From the NCBI GenBank assembly GCA_964016885.1, contig OZ024742.1, forward strand, positions 120,342,001-120,406,000: DNA of 64,000 bases, read 5' to 3'. Within the stretch, counting starts at the first letter, position 1, and every line of letters starts with the position of its first letter. The notes beneath the pieces are model-generated. The model did no database searches. It saw only the letters and a list, made by a program, of their open reading frames with translations, and was not told the DNA's origin. A program made the translations under genes and the position numbers. Shown one piece after another: positions 52,165 to 64,000 of the stretch. Source of the stretch: Eledone cirrhosa. Lineage: Eukaryota.

Positions 52165-52724
52165 TGTATTCGTGAGTGAATAATAATAATTGTTTCTACT
52201 TTTGGCACAAGGCCAGCAATTATCCCAGTACATTACTGGTACTTTATGTTATCGACCCCCCGTAAGGATGGAAGGCAAAGTGAACCTCGGCGGGATTTGA
52301 ACTCAGACCATAAAGGGGCGCAACTCTATGCTGCAAAGCATGGCATCTGACCCTCTACCAATACTGCCAATCCACCACCTTTGAATAATAATAATAATAT
52401 AATATCATAATATTATTAATATTCAGTCTGTTTACAAGTAAACAGCCTCATAAAACACTATGTGGTAGATGACGATGTCATCTTTTTGTTCCAGTGGTAG
52501 CCGAGAGAAAATAATCGACAATTGACAATTGTTTCAGAGTGTCTTGCTCCTTGTCAAGATTGTGTACTCTCCTCGCTGGAACAAAAGAATGACGTTGTCA
52601 TCTACCACGTGGTGTTTTATGAAGCTGCTTCTTGTAAACTAACCGAATATTAATAATATTATGATATTATTTTAATATTATGATATTATTTTAATATTAT
52701 GATATTATTCACTCATGAATACAT
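52165..52724. mobile_element. Foldback/MITE-like element with long inverted arms and a nested SINE (about 52190-52380, minus)
   Basis: TGTATTCGTGAGTGAA..ATAATATCATAATATTATTAATATTC..GGTAGATGAC..TTTTGTTCCAG is mirrored at about 52575-52724. Confidence 0.8.
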
Positions 52725-55459
52725 TTAGGTATCCACGATGTTAAGAGCGAAAACAAATTTTGTATTTTATATTGTATATGTTTTCAAGAAAATTGTCCCA
52801 ACACTAAAAAATACTTTGTAACTAAATAACAGTTTTGTTTTGTGCCTTGCTAAGTGAAATTATGGAATATAAGAAAGTAGATTCAATTGCAGTTGGAGAT
52901 TAGTAAACCATAAATTATTCCACAGAATCTTTAAAGCAACTGACTTTTTCAGGATGACCACATCAGGGGTCCAAGCTAAATTATACTTATTACAATTAAC
53001 CTCAATCCTAGAAGAGACCTGCTGTGTAGACGTGGATTTATCACTGTAAAAAATTATCACAGGCAACAGAAAGGGAGATAATATATATCAATACAAAGCA
53101 TGAATTTAACCCCAAGAAACACAAGGAAGCAAATCTCTAAATTAATCATTTGATACAAGTGGAGTATATATACTAAAGTCTGTATTTAGTCATAGCCAAT
53201 TGTAAGACTAATAGATATTTTAAGTTACTAATTACTAATACAAACAGTTAGAGTGTGTTATTACATTCTAAGGTGTCTATGCAAAACATGCGCTTATAGA
53301 ACATTGAGATTAAATGAGTTTCATGTCTCAAGATATAGTATGAGATTGATTTGTTATACTCCCCAAACTACATTATATGAAGAGAAGGGTAATTTAATGT
53401 AAACTTGAATGAATTTATAACCATATTCTAATATTTTGTAAATATTACAATAAACTACAACCTGTACCATATTGTGCAACAATGTAACTTTTGCTGTAAA
53501 CATCATTTTGTAATATATAGATATTGATATAAATGGAAACTATTGAATTATGGATTGTTATGAATAATACATGAAGATGTAGCTGTATCATATTGCAATC
53601 TGTATTATAATATGAAGTGTAAATATTGCTATATATTATAACATGTATACTACTATGAAGTGTAAATATGATCTCTAATATATTATGAAACAAAATGTTT
53701 TTGAAAAATGTAACATATACCATATTGTATGATGTTGTAAATATTGTACAATACAACATATACTTCCTTATGATATATTATAAAGATTATTGTAAAGACA
53801 TATTGTCAATATAAAAATTGATTTACAAGCTGCACATTAGAGTTTTGTAAATATATTAGTGATTATCAGTAAAGGACAGATAATTTCATTTATTGTAATG
53901 CCCTTACATTACATTGTAATTTCATCATATAAAGGAAAAACAATACAAATAAACATTCACACTTTAAAAACAATCTATCAATAACAAGGACTTAACAAAA
54001 TATTGATTTCATATGCCATCATTTTTAACAGCATGGGTACACTAGAATAATACAGAAGCTCAAGAAAAAGTAACACAAGTTCCACTGTGTTGAATTCAAC
54101 TGTATTGAATTCTGCACTTAGTACAATATATATTTCTTTCCTCAGGCAGAAAATAAGTACCACTCCCACTTCATGGATGAATAGTGATTACAAAGCTATC
54201 TCTAAAAATATTCATTCTAATACACACCCACCATTTAACCAAAAGAAAACAGATGTTAAAACATTCAGCAGAGAATTAATAACTACTACAGAAAAGAACA
54301 AACTAAAACTGGAAGTAACGTTTCATTGTTGTCCAATTTTTGCTGATATAAACCAATTAAAGTAATTATATTTAAAACAAACATATGTTGTTGGCTATGA
54401 AAAGATATCTTTAAAACTTGACCAATAATCAAAAAGCAAAGTCAGCATAAAATAATGAAAGGGGGGAGGATTACATAAGACATGCGAGAGACATTGAATG
54501 ATGTCAAAGGTCAGAAGGAAGATATCGTGTAACATGTAAAAGATATCTAACCTAGCCTATAATCAGACAGACATTGGTGAAAAATAGACCAAGACAACTA
54601 CTAGAGAGATAAGAATATATAAACTCAACATCAAAAATCAATCAATTAATAAAGACAACTATAATAATAAATCAGTCACAACCAAAGCATTTATTTTGTC
54701 AAGCTATTACACATAACAGAATTAAATTCTACACACTGACATATATAATCTATTAAAGGGTGAAGGAATTACAGCTTCAAGACCATGTTTATAATATACA
54801 AAGATGGATGTAAAAGGAAAACAGCTATTAAAAGCAAATAAACACTAAAAATAAAAAGATGAAGACAAACTAGAAAGGCAAGAAAAAAATTGTTTAAGTG
54901 ATGTCTAAACTGGTATCTTAGAAAATCTACTACCTAAGTTAAAGAGAAGATAGCTATATAAAAATAAACCATTTGATTTTACATCAAAATAGAAGATAAA
55001 AACAATATAATAAAGTTCATTATATTTTTGTCCTGAAAATCTCAGCTATAACAAAACGATAGTTTGTTTTTTGTTGGCTTTTTTTTTTTTATAGTTCATG
55101 ACAAAAGGAAAAAGTATTAAAATAATAATAATAAAGAAATGCACACTTAAATATTCTATGAAGTGAAATGGCTGTAGAAACAGCTATTCCAAAGAATCAA
55201 TAATTGTGTAAATGAAATAGTTTGATGGTTAAATTAAATGCTTCTCTCATACAAACTGATATTGTTTAGCTACTTTTAACAACAACACCAAGATGAAGAG
55301 AAAAAAGAAAGAAAAAAGAAAGAAAAAAGAAAAAGAAGGAGTACAACAACAACAATAATAAAGAAAAATGTGAAGAATTAATTTCCAAATAAGTATGTGT
55401 AGTGTTATGATTAGATTCATTTTTCTCATTGTTAAGGTTTGGAATTATTAGCATATCAG

Positions 55460-56015
55460 AGTTTCCCTGAGCCTCAGCCTCACAAATGCCACTGCGAATC
55501 CACTGTGGATTCTTTCAGCCCCCACTGTTATGCCATTATAGTGCTGGCCATCTCCCATGCCATACTGCTCTTAGCAAGATTAAAAGCATGGCCTGGATAC
55601 CACAGGCTTCCCTACCCAGCTTGAGCCAGCTGGGCTGGACTGAGGGGGCCATAAAAGGCCAGATGGCATGACAAGCTTCCTGTTTTGCAGTGGTAGGCCC
55701 TTCATCTAGGATTCCACATGTTGTTAGACCTTCTCCTGTGGTAACCTGGTGCATTCAGCTACCAGCCCAGGCATTGCTGCTCACCAGGCCAAACTGTCAA
55801 AGTATCGGCTGCTCTCTGATAGGTTTGTGGTTGAGCCTGTGACTGGAGAATTTTGGCGTTCATGGCCTCGAAACCACATCCCTACATACTGCTATCAGGG
55901 CAGAGTTAGCTACCCGCAAGAGTGAGCCCCGCGAGTTGTAGTGGCAATTCCAGTATGTCCCCCTCGCCATCTTCTGGGGCAATGTCTTCTTTCTGTCTAC
56001 CAAGACAAGGCAGAC
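55460..56015 (+). mobile_element. 3' fragment of a CRE-like non-LTR retrotransposon (Zn knuckle plus restriction-like endonuclease)
   Basis: GC-rich island that translates across frameshifts as CHCESTVD..H / LCHYSAGHL.CH / EPAGLD*GGHKRPDGMT...GRP.I*DST / AKLSKY..L..EPV / LAI.WGN. From memory this matches the EPxGLxRxDGKRPDG...WD.T...QRGNA pattern. Confidence 0.75.
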
Positions 56016-56025
56016 TAACCCTTAA

Positions 56026-56243
56026 CCCTTGAGCATTTACATTACTCTATATTTACTATTGTATCTTAACGGTAAAGGCTTTACCTCGCATAATTATCTC
56101 ACATAATATCGAATCTATGAAATTTTGTTATTTATTTTGAGAACAATACCTTAATGCCAGTATGAGCAGCCGGTTTCGGCTGGTTTAAATAGAAAGAGGT
56201 GAGAGAATTCTGGCCGGATACAGCCAGTTTAAATGCTAAAGGG
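56026..56243. mobile_element. piggyBac-type MITE
   Basis: TTAA|CCCTTGAGCATTTA...TAAATGCTAAAGGG|TTAA. Confidence 0.87.
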
Positions 56244-57019
56244 TTAAACACTGAGGTAATAAATACAGATCCCTCTCTCTCTCACACACACACACACAGA
56301 CGGAGACAGTAAACATCAGCATATATTCTATGAAATCTGAAAGGATTCAATTCTCCAGTGAAACTCTACTAAAACATCAAATTTCTAAATGTGAAAATAT
56401 AATCAGTCAAACTAAAATAGAAAAAATATATAATAAATAACAACTTTAATAAAGAAAGTCAAATCTGAAAATGAAATATATTCAAATTGTGAAGTGTTGC
56501 ACTAGTAGTGACAATAAAAGAATCTGTCAGTACACAAAAGGGAGAGTGAAAAATGAGTGTTGGAAGTTATAAGGTGTATGATCAGGAAAAACAGAGAACC
56601 CTAGAAACAAGGAGAAAGAAACAATGACATTTTTAATAATATATTCTACTGCAGACACTGAATACTAATTATCAAAAACAGACATCAATTATTTGTTGAG
56701 GAAAGTGACAAATGATGTTGATGTCAAAATGACTACTAAAGTGAAATACTAAAATTAATGTTTACATGTGATTGTGTGTGTATATGGTACAAGTTTTGGT
56801 GAGAGTGTGTGTGTGTGTGTGTGCATACATACACAAACTCTCTAATTACACCAATCCAACAATACATACAACCTGGTCCTCTCCAATCATCGCCTCCCCA
56901 GTAATTAGATAAGCAATCCTGATAATGTGTGAGCACCATCAAACTGTACTTACAAACTAGTTACGATCATCACCCATCTCTTCAATTATTCTCTCTCTCA
57001 CTCCTCTAATTTATGAAGA

Positions 57020-57200
57020 GGTTACCTTAAAAAGACATCACTGGCCCTACTGACTAATCAACCTATAGCGCTCTCACTTCCAACATTTCAAAGGTGATAG
57101 AAGCAATTGTAAACCACTACAAATTTTGTCACCTTCAGTCTCAATGATGATCAATATGGTTTACATCAATCAAAATTACTCACAAATTTGATCACTTGGT
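57020..57200 (+). mobile_element. CR1/L2/Jockey-type RT fragment
   Basis: QPI.LTS.ISKVIEAIV...LNDDQYGL remnant. Confidence 0.55.
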
Positions 57201-57459
57201 ATTTATGTTATCAACTTGAGAAGATTGAAAAGTAAAAAGAGCATCTGTGATATTTAAACTTAGAATATATGCTCTGTAAAGTGATTAATGATGGGGAGGG
57301 TATCTAGCTGTCAAAGCCATGTCAAAATCAGAACTTATTTGAGTGAAATGTTGGCTCCCTGGCCAGTTTTGAAGGACAGGGTCTCCAATCAAATACTGAC
57401 TTGGTTTGTGACATGTCCAACATATGCAAACATGGAAAAACAGACATGAAAATATGCTG

Positions 57460-57600
57460 ATTGACAACAAATAACAGTGTAACTTTCAGGAAGCAAGCTA
57501 TCTCTAAATCATTATGCTCTACATTTAAGGCAACAATTACAGCATGTCTTTTCCTTTGCTGAGTTAGCTTGATGTTTGTCATCATTTATCTTGAAAAAAG
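57460..57600 (-). mobile_element. Remnant of a second maT-like transposase N-terminus
   Basis: ORF 57328-57585 KRHAVIVALNVEHNDLEIACFLKV parallels KRHGVLLGIRGGRTNKEISDFLSV of the 49-kb element. Confidence 0.7.
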
Positions 57601-58399
57601 TAATGATAATCAGAACATGTTAGAAAAAAGTTAGATTTCTTAAAAGACGTATCCTTTAAAAACTAATCAACCCTATAGAAACTCCTTCATTAGCTCCCAA
57701 ATATGTTGGGTTCTTAGGCAAGAAATATAACTCTGCTGGCTCCAGTTTGCTTGATTAATAAAAATAGGTGCCACTACTTTATAGTTAAGTTAGTGATCAC
57801 ATATTTAATGCATGAAAAATACTAAATTTTAACTAAAAATACAAGTATGCAGTGTAGACAAAACATTAGTTAATGACTAATAATATTTTAATTATTTTGG
57901 CATGTATGAGAGACAACCCAGAACATGTTTCAGGCTTAATATAGCCTCATTTAGCCTCATCAGCAAAGCACAAACTTCACCATACTAACTGAAGTATAAA
58001 AAAACTAGAATTGTTCAGAGGATAACTCAAGAAACATGAAAAAAAATACTTGGTAATGTGGATAGATAAATTAATTGGCTATTATTTATATTTACTTATG
58101 TCTAAATCAGGTGGTGAACTATAGTAAAATAGCTTTTAATTTTACTTGAAAAATAAGCTGATTCTGGCATACATGAAATAGACAATAACATGCAGAGAAA
58201 AATGTACATTAAATTGATTTTTATGATGATGAGGAGGAGTAGTAGTAGTATAATGATGATGATAAGGATGAGGGTGATGTTCAAATGTTATCACTTTTCT
58301 ACAATTAAGCTGACTACAATGGATCTGCATACAATTGTTAACCATTTAAAGTCCTAGGATTACTAAGGAAGGCTGAGAATCATTAGAGCAAGATGTCAA

Positions 58400-58620
58400 G
58401 AGAGACCTTGAACCCACCACATACACGTGACATTTGGGAGGGGGGGGGGCTTGGGTTTACTATATATTTATCTGGCATGAGAGAGAAACCTAGGACTCAA
58501 CACATGCCCATGACAGGTGGGAAAGACCTTGGACTCAACACATACATGTGTGATATATGAGAGAGAGCCCTGAACCCACTACATACACATGTAACATGGA
58601 AGAGACTTTAGACACATGCA
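58400..58620. repeat. Degenerate 40-50-bp tandem repeat, 4-5 copies
   Basis: GAGACCTTG(A/G)AC(C/T)CA.CACATACA..TG units. Confidence 0.7.
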
Positions 58621-61468
58621 AAAGACACAATATTAACAAACTAATAATACACTGTAGAGTTGTTTTCAGAGGAATACCAATAACAATGCACTTTGTTAGT
58701 TGAGGGTTGATATGGTACCATGAAATTAAGTCTGTGATTGCTGATGCAGAGTAGATGAAGAAGATAATAAGGTATAGGTGGTCATAGTAATGACATTTAA
58801 TGGTTTAGAACAGTGGTCACAAGTTCAAACCTTCCAATAATCAATACTCTTACAAAGTATGTGGATATTAAATGATACTGAAACACTCAACACACAGAGA
58901 AACAAATGAAACAGAAAGTAAAATAAATAACCTACAAAAAATGTATATAAAAAAAGGATATATCAAAGGGAAGCCAACAGATTTTTGTTTCTATTTTTGT
59001 TTTTTAATGGAGCTAAGTAGCATATGTTTATATGTTAACCAATTTAACCTGTTCAGTACTATATTTCTAATGAAAGACATTGCCTATAATTTTCAAATCA
59101 TTTCGAAAATATTCACCTGGGATTTGGGGCATAACTTAAAAGGTTCTTACAGAAAATTATGATGGAAGATCTTAAAATAAATATAAACATTTTCAAATAA
59201 ACAGGTTTGTATTGTAGAACCAAGGGCCATTTCGGGTGGCTTTATATCAAAAAGGTTAAGAGTGGTGGAGATGAATTTGGCAACAGAATTGTGACCAAGA
59301 TGCTTTATTCTTTCAAGCTTTACCGTTTTAGACTTCAAATTATACCAGAGTCCATTTAGGTGGACAGCTTTCTGGAGGACATAGCAGTGGGATAAAATGA
59401 GTATCTTCTAGAGAAAGTAGTGCTACTTTATCAACCTTACAAAAGGATTTCTGAATGAGACATAATTTCAACATAACAATGTAAGATATTTTGATTTTTT
59501 TATATATATATTCACAAGGTGGGGTGAAAAATGAGATTATGTGATCATCGTGCCATACTGAAGGATATTAAACATGAAAAAGAAGTGAAGCTGTAACCTG
59601 GAAACAAAATAGGCTCTAGACAAGTCAAGTCAGCAGCTCAATCATTTCACAATGGCAAAAAAATATATATAAAATTAATAAAACAATCAAATCACTAGAC
59701 AGCATAAAAGAAATATACTAAAATATCAATAAACGTGGTATGTAAATTCTATTCAGTATAGATTAAAAGTTTAAAATAGAATGATTTAAATGATCAATAA
59801 AATAAGTTCATTTATGAACTCAGCTTATTGATTATTTAAATCATAAAATTCAGTAAAAAAAAAAGGTGGCTGAAAGAGAAAGTTTCTAAGTAGTTATATA
59901 TAAATGTTCGTTCTTCTTTATAAATTATTGGTAATAGGTTTCTAAAGTGATGGATATACTCATATACCAGATTCCAAAGTATTAAGAAACCCATTTTCCA
60001 AAGTAGCTGCCTGAATATAGAAATCAGTAATTATGAAGACAGCACACAAGACTACTAAACAAGATAAATTGGAATATAACCGAATTTACAAGAATGTTCT
60101 AAATTAAAGGAAAGCATCTCTGAGTTTCAACAGATCCAAAGATAACCTACTTTGAATATTATTAAAGCAGTTATGGAAAGAGAGAGAAAACAAGAAAAGA
60201 AATGAAAGGGTGGTAAAGAAAGGAATAGAGTATGGGTGTGTTTCTTTTTTACAGATACAATTCCAAAGAAATCTTAAAAGAGTTGATAAGTTACCAAGCA
60301 TTCTCTGAAAATGATAAATGCCTTTTACATAAGGTAATAAAAAATTTAAACTTAAACAAATAATAAAAAATATAGATACATTTTTACCCCCAAGAAAGAA
60401 ACAATGTTTTAAAATCTATATTTAAGAGAGAAAAAAGAATAGCAGTGAATAAATAAAACCTAACTGGTGTAGTCTATCTTGAAGTTATCATTCTGTTTCA
60501 GTATACAGTATAGATCAATAATAAAGTGGTCATGAGCAATTGAAAACACTTGCTGCAACTTCTGTCTATATTACGTTACTGAGTAATGAAAGCTACTTCT
60601 ATTGTTAAAGCCTAACAGAGAATATTACTCAGAGACACTGCCTGAAGTTATAAAAATCTTATGTCTAAGAATCATTCAAAAGAGGTAAATTCTACAAAAA
60701 GAAAAATTCAATATGAAGAGAAAGAATGAGTGACTATTTCAGTTACAAAACTTATTCTTTATTGCTAGTTGTAAAATGAATAGAAATCCATTAGCTTACT
60801 TTTATTGTGATATGAATTCATACTAATGTGACTAGTGTAAAAATACAAACAAAAAAACTTCATCTTGTTTCAAACACAAAGTTATTAACATTTCAGTTAC
60901 AAAACTCTTTTCTGTTTTTTTTTTGTTTTTTTACTTCACAAACTGAGGAAGAGAAACATTCTTATATCCTTCTTAGTAAAATAGTAGGAATTAAAAGAGT
61001 TAACATTTGCTTTGGCTCTTCTATGGCTCTTCCATAAAAAGATGAAATTACTACAAAATAGCTGAATGAAAATACTTTAAAAAAGAATTCTTTACTGTTT
61101 ATTAGCTTAAGAAAAATACTGATTGAATGGATGGATTTGGTACCAGCACAATATTGGACAAGCTTTTGTACTCCATACAATGTTTAATGCTGCGGTGTCA
61201 TCAATTCTAGTTAGTACTTCAATTACCCATTGCTGGGGAAATATGTGCTAGCCTATTTGACAATCTATCAAAATTATGGCCAGGCTAGTATTTTAGGACA
61301 TTAGCTCTCAATACTGAACATGCAGTTTTAACCTCTTCAAACTAATGCTGTTGAAATAAATCTAATGCCTTAGAAGCAATTGTTTATGCAGAAATCAATA
61401 GGAAAATATAGAAAAAGGCTTCAACAACACAGGTTGAGAGAGGTGGGGTTGGGGCACTACCAGCTTAA

Positions 61469-61855
61469 CCCTGTGGCATTTAAACCGGCTGTATCCGGCC
61501 AGAATTATCTCTTCTCTTTTTATCCAAACCAGCTGTAGCTGGCCATTAATACTGATGTTAAGGTATTGCTCTCAAAATAAATAATATCAAAATCTCATAG
61601 ATTCGATATTATGTGAAATAATTATGTGAGGTAAAGCCTTTACCACAAAAATTCAATAGTATATATCGAGTAATCATCATCATCATCATCATCATCATTT
61701 AACGTCCCTGTTCCACGCTTGCATGGGTTTGGATGGGGGTTTTCCCACTTGAGGCAAGAGTGGTTGTCTTGCTCGCATAGGACTGTCTGGCGGGTTTTCT
61801 ACAGCTGGATGCCCTTCCTAACACCAACCACATTTACAGTGTAAATGGTAATGGG
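61469..61855. mobile_element. piggyBac-type MITE (opposite orientation) interrupted by an RTE 3' end (about 61674-61840, minus)
   Basis: TTAA|CCCTGTGGCATTTAAACC left end; the residual right end GTAAATGGTAATGGG follows the RTE piece. Confidence 0.82.
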
Positions 61856-62237
61856 TTATTTAGCAGACCTCAACTTCAGGTAGCCCAGCAGTTTGAAAAT
61901 TAATTCATTATGGACTACAGTTTTTATATGAGAACTCGTTAACATTTTGAGAATGTCTTCTTTTTTTTTATCTCCCTCTATCCCCTCCCCCCACCTAGTG
62001 CTTCAGGTTTTACATATGTAAAATGATACAAGTCCATAACTAACACTAATTGTTTAAAACTGAAGTAAACATTTGTCAGCCAAAATTAAAGAACAATATT
62101 GTAATTCTCGTGTTGCAATGAAAATCCTTGGCTTTCCTATAAAACCACACATTCCGTCTATTAAACTATTACTTACAAATCTTACAGCTTTCAATAGCTC
62201 ATCAATTCATTGAACTCAGGCAAATTATATTTACATA

Positions 62238-62385
62238 GGTGCAAGCATGGCTGTGTTTACTTCGCAATTGTGTTTACTTTCAGGATCAGTTCCACTGTCT
62301 GGCACCTTAGGCAACTGTCTTCTACCACAGTCTTGGATTGACCAAGGCCTTGCGAGTGAAACTTGGTAAACAGAAATTGCAGTAG
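62238..62385 (+). mobile_element. Old SINE of the third family (CORE-like GCACCTTAGGCAA)
   Basis: tRNA-like head followed by GGCACCTTAGGCAACTGTCTTCTAC. Confidence 0.55.
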
Positions 62386-62393
62386 CCTTTGAT

Positions 62394-62429
<36 letters not shown>

Positions 62430-63306
62430 CAGTATTTTTAAGCGTTGGTCAATCAATGATAAACGTTGATTGCCAAATAAATTAACTATGGAGATATAAA
62501 AGATACAGAAGCGAAAACCAACCAAACAGTGTGTTCTGTTATTATTTCTGGCAATATTATTACAACAATATGACCCTCTCCAAGTATAACAAAAATAGAG
62601 AGAGAGAGAGAGGGGGGGTAGAGGGGGGAGAGGGGGGAGAGAGAGAGCACTGGAAGGTAATATTCGCAGTGGTAGAGCACTCAGTCCATGGGACGAGTTT
62701 GGTAGATGTAACACAACAGTTAGTTCACCATACCGAGAACAATTGTTTCACCTTAGCTAGCTAAGGTGTTAATACTTATATATATATATATATTTCCGTG
62801 TATGCAAATCAAGGTCCTCTGACTGATCTCTCACAAAGACACTGTCCGTCCTACCCATGCACCCATGTTAGGGTAGAAAATGGAAATTAAATGATAATGA
62901 TATTTGTTCCTTTGTTTGTGTTTATGCCATGCAACAACAAAAAGGTATTGATAAAATAAATACTGAGTGACAAAATCCCTCCAAGGCGGCACCACAGCAT
63001 GGCTGCAGTTTAATGACTGAAACAAGTAAAAGAATAGCAATAACAATATCAATCGACTACAGCAATATCACAGATGGCGTTAGTTGTATCAGATATAAGA
63101 TGTCACTTAATACAGAATAGCTGTTCTTTTATTGCCCCCAAAACCTTACAAACAATTACGTGTATTTGAAACCAATCATGTCGACTTTTCCAAATGGTTG
63201 TGGTTTGAGGTTAGCATCATAATTTAGAGAGAAAAAAAATGAATAATGAAACAAAAATGAAAAAAAAAGGTCTAAAGAATGAATTAAAATGAAATTAATA
63301 ACTTAC

Positions 63307-63336
63307 CTGGAAGCAAATTTCATTAACCAATAAAAT
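63307..63336 (-). other. Candidate 30-nt microexon of an unidentified minus-strand host gene
   Basis: ttttaatcttttcag|ATTTTATTGGTTAATGAAATTTGCTTCCAG|gtaagt. The length is a multiple of 3 and two frames are open. Confidence 0.35.
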
Positions 63337-63489
63337 CTGAAAAGATTAAAATATACATATATATATTTTTATATAAAATATAATACAACATACATATATA
63401 TATATATATACATATACATATACAAGTGGAAGCTTAGTAAAATCGAAGCTTTGGCTGTGGGCAAGCAAAGTATGATACATTGATACATA

Positions 63490-63710
63490 TCATCATAAAC
63501 CTATTACATCTGCTTTTCATGTTGGCATGAGTTGGATGGGTTGTCACTGTGCAAGAGGAGATAGGTCAAGGTGGGGAAAACTGTGTTTCATTTGGGGTTT
63601 GATTTCTACAGCTGGATGCCTTTCTTAATGCCAACTATTTTACAGAGTGTACTGGATGTATTTTGTTGTGGCACAATCAGAACCACTTTGAAGAGTGTAT
63701 CGGTTGCACA
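63490..63710 (-). mobile_element. Old RTE 3'UTR fragment
   Basis: TTTCTACAGCTGGATGCCTTTCTTAATGCCAAC motif. Confidence 0.7.
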
Positions 63711-64000
63711 CCAACATTCTATGGCTTTTGTACCAGAATTTTTATTTTAAAACATGACCGATAAATTTATACTTTGTAAGTCACATGTTAAGAAAGCCAT
63801 AGAATTATGAAACACATGTACATAATATATTTGCACGCACACACACACACACACACACACATTCACATAGGTAGGTAGATAGATAGATAGATAGATACTA
63901 CATAGGCACACATACGTGTTGGTTGCATCAAATTACAATCCATTAATTTCTTGCTTTGAGGAAGTAGTTTACATCATACAGATAAGATAGTCAGCCATTA

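Larger units (their letters stand above)
46900..53300 (+). mobile_element. Heavily decayed autonomous Helitron (Rep plus PIF1-like helicase) with nested insertions
   Basis: Collinear remnants translated by eye: HSCGEFNAIC..KHFLAE (about 47645), PCGK.NS...C.EN...KRFHK (about 48047), VDN...P.N..CHIN (about 48205), YVSPPEV.W (about 48454), FRL.LL.VK.VTSFED (about 48812), ATTGITA (about 50792), FNQWLLQI (about 51406), YSTESL..LT.SG*PH (about 52914), VFSHSQL (about 53182). Boundaries are approximate. Confidence 0.8.

Noticed and set aside
56015-56030. Telomere-like CTAACCCTTAACCC
   Set aside because: Only two units, explained by the TTAA|CCC end of a piggyBac MITE.

Overview
AT-rich eukaryotic non-coding DNA made almost entirely of transposable elements and simple or tandem repeats. 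It is probably one large intron or intergenic tract. The repeat complement (RTE LINEs with (GAT)n tails, abundant tRNA-derived SINEs, TA/CA/CAT microsatellites) looks like octopus or another coleoid; this is an inference from memory, not a search. No intact host CDS is visible, and the long ORFs in the track come from TEs or are artefacts of stop-free repeats. Main contents: a TSD-bounded full-length RTE (12381-16595, minus) plus many 5'-truncated RTE pieces; a 1.3-kb DD37D (maT) transposon; a heavily decayed autonomous Helitron (about 46.9-53.3 kb) carrying nested insertions; four non-autonomous Helitrons; piggyBac-type, pogo-type and foldback MITEs; about 15 SINEs; a CRE-like LINE fragment; and a 2.3-kb minisatellite. 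The most striking signal is the RTE copy at 589-2663. It carries dense, clustered, strand-specific A-to-G changes relative to sister copies (e.g. WELLYADDL reads WGLLCADGL). This is the signature expected if an ADAR hyper-edited RNA was reverse-transcribed into the genome, or if edited RNA reads leaked into the assembly.
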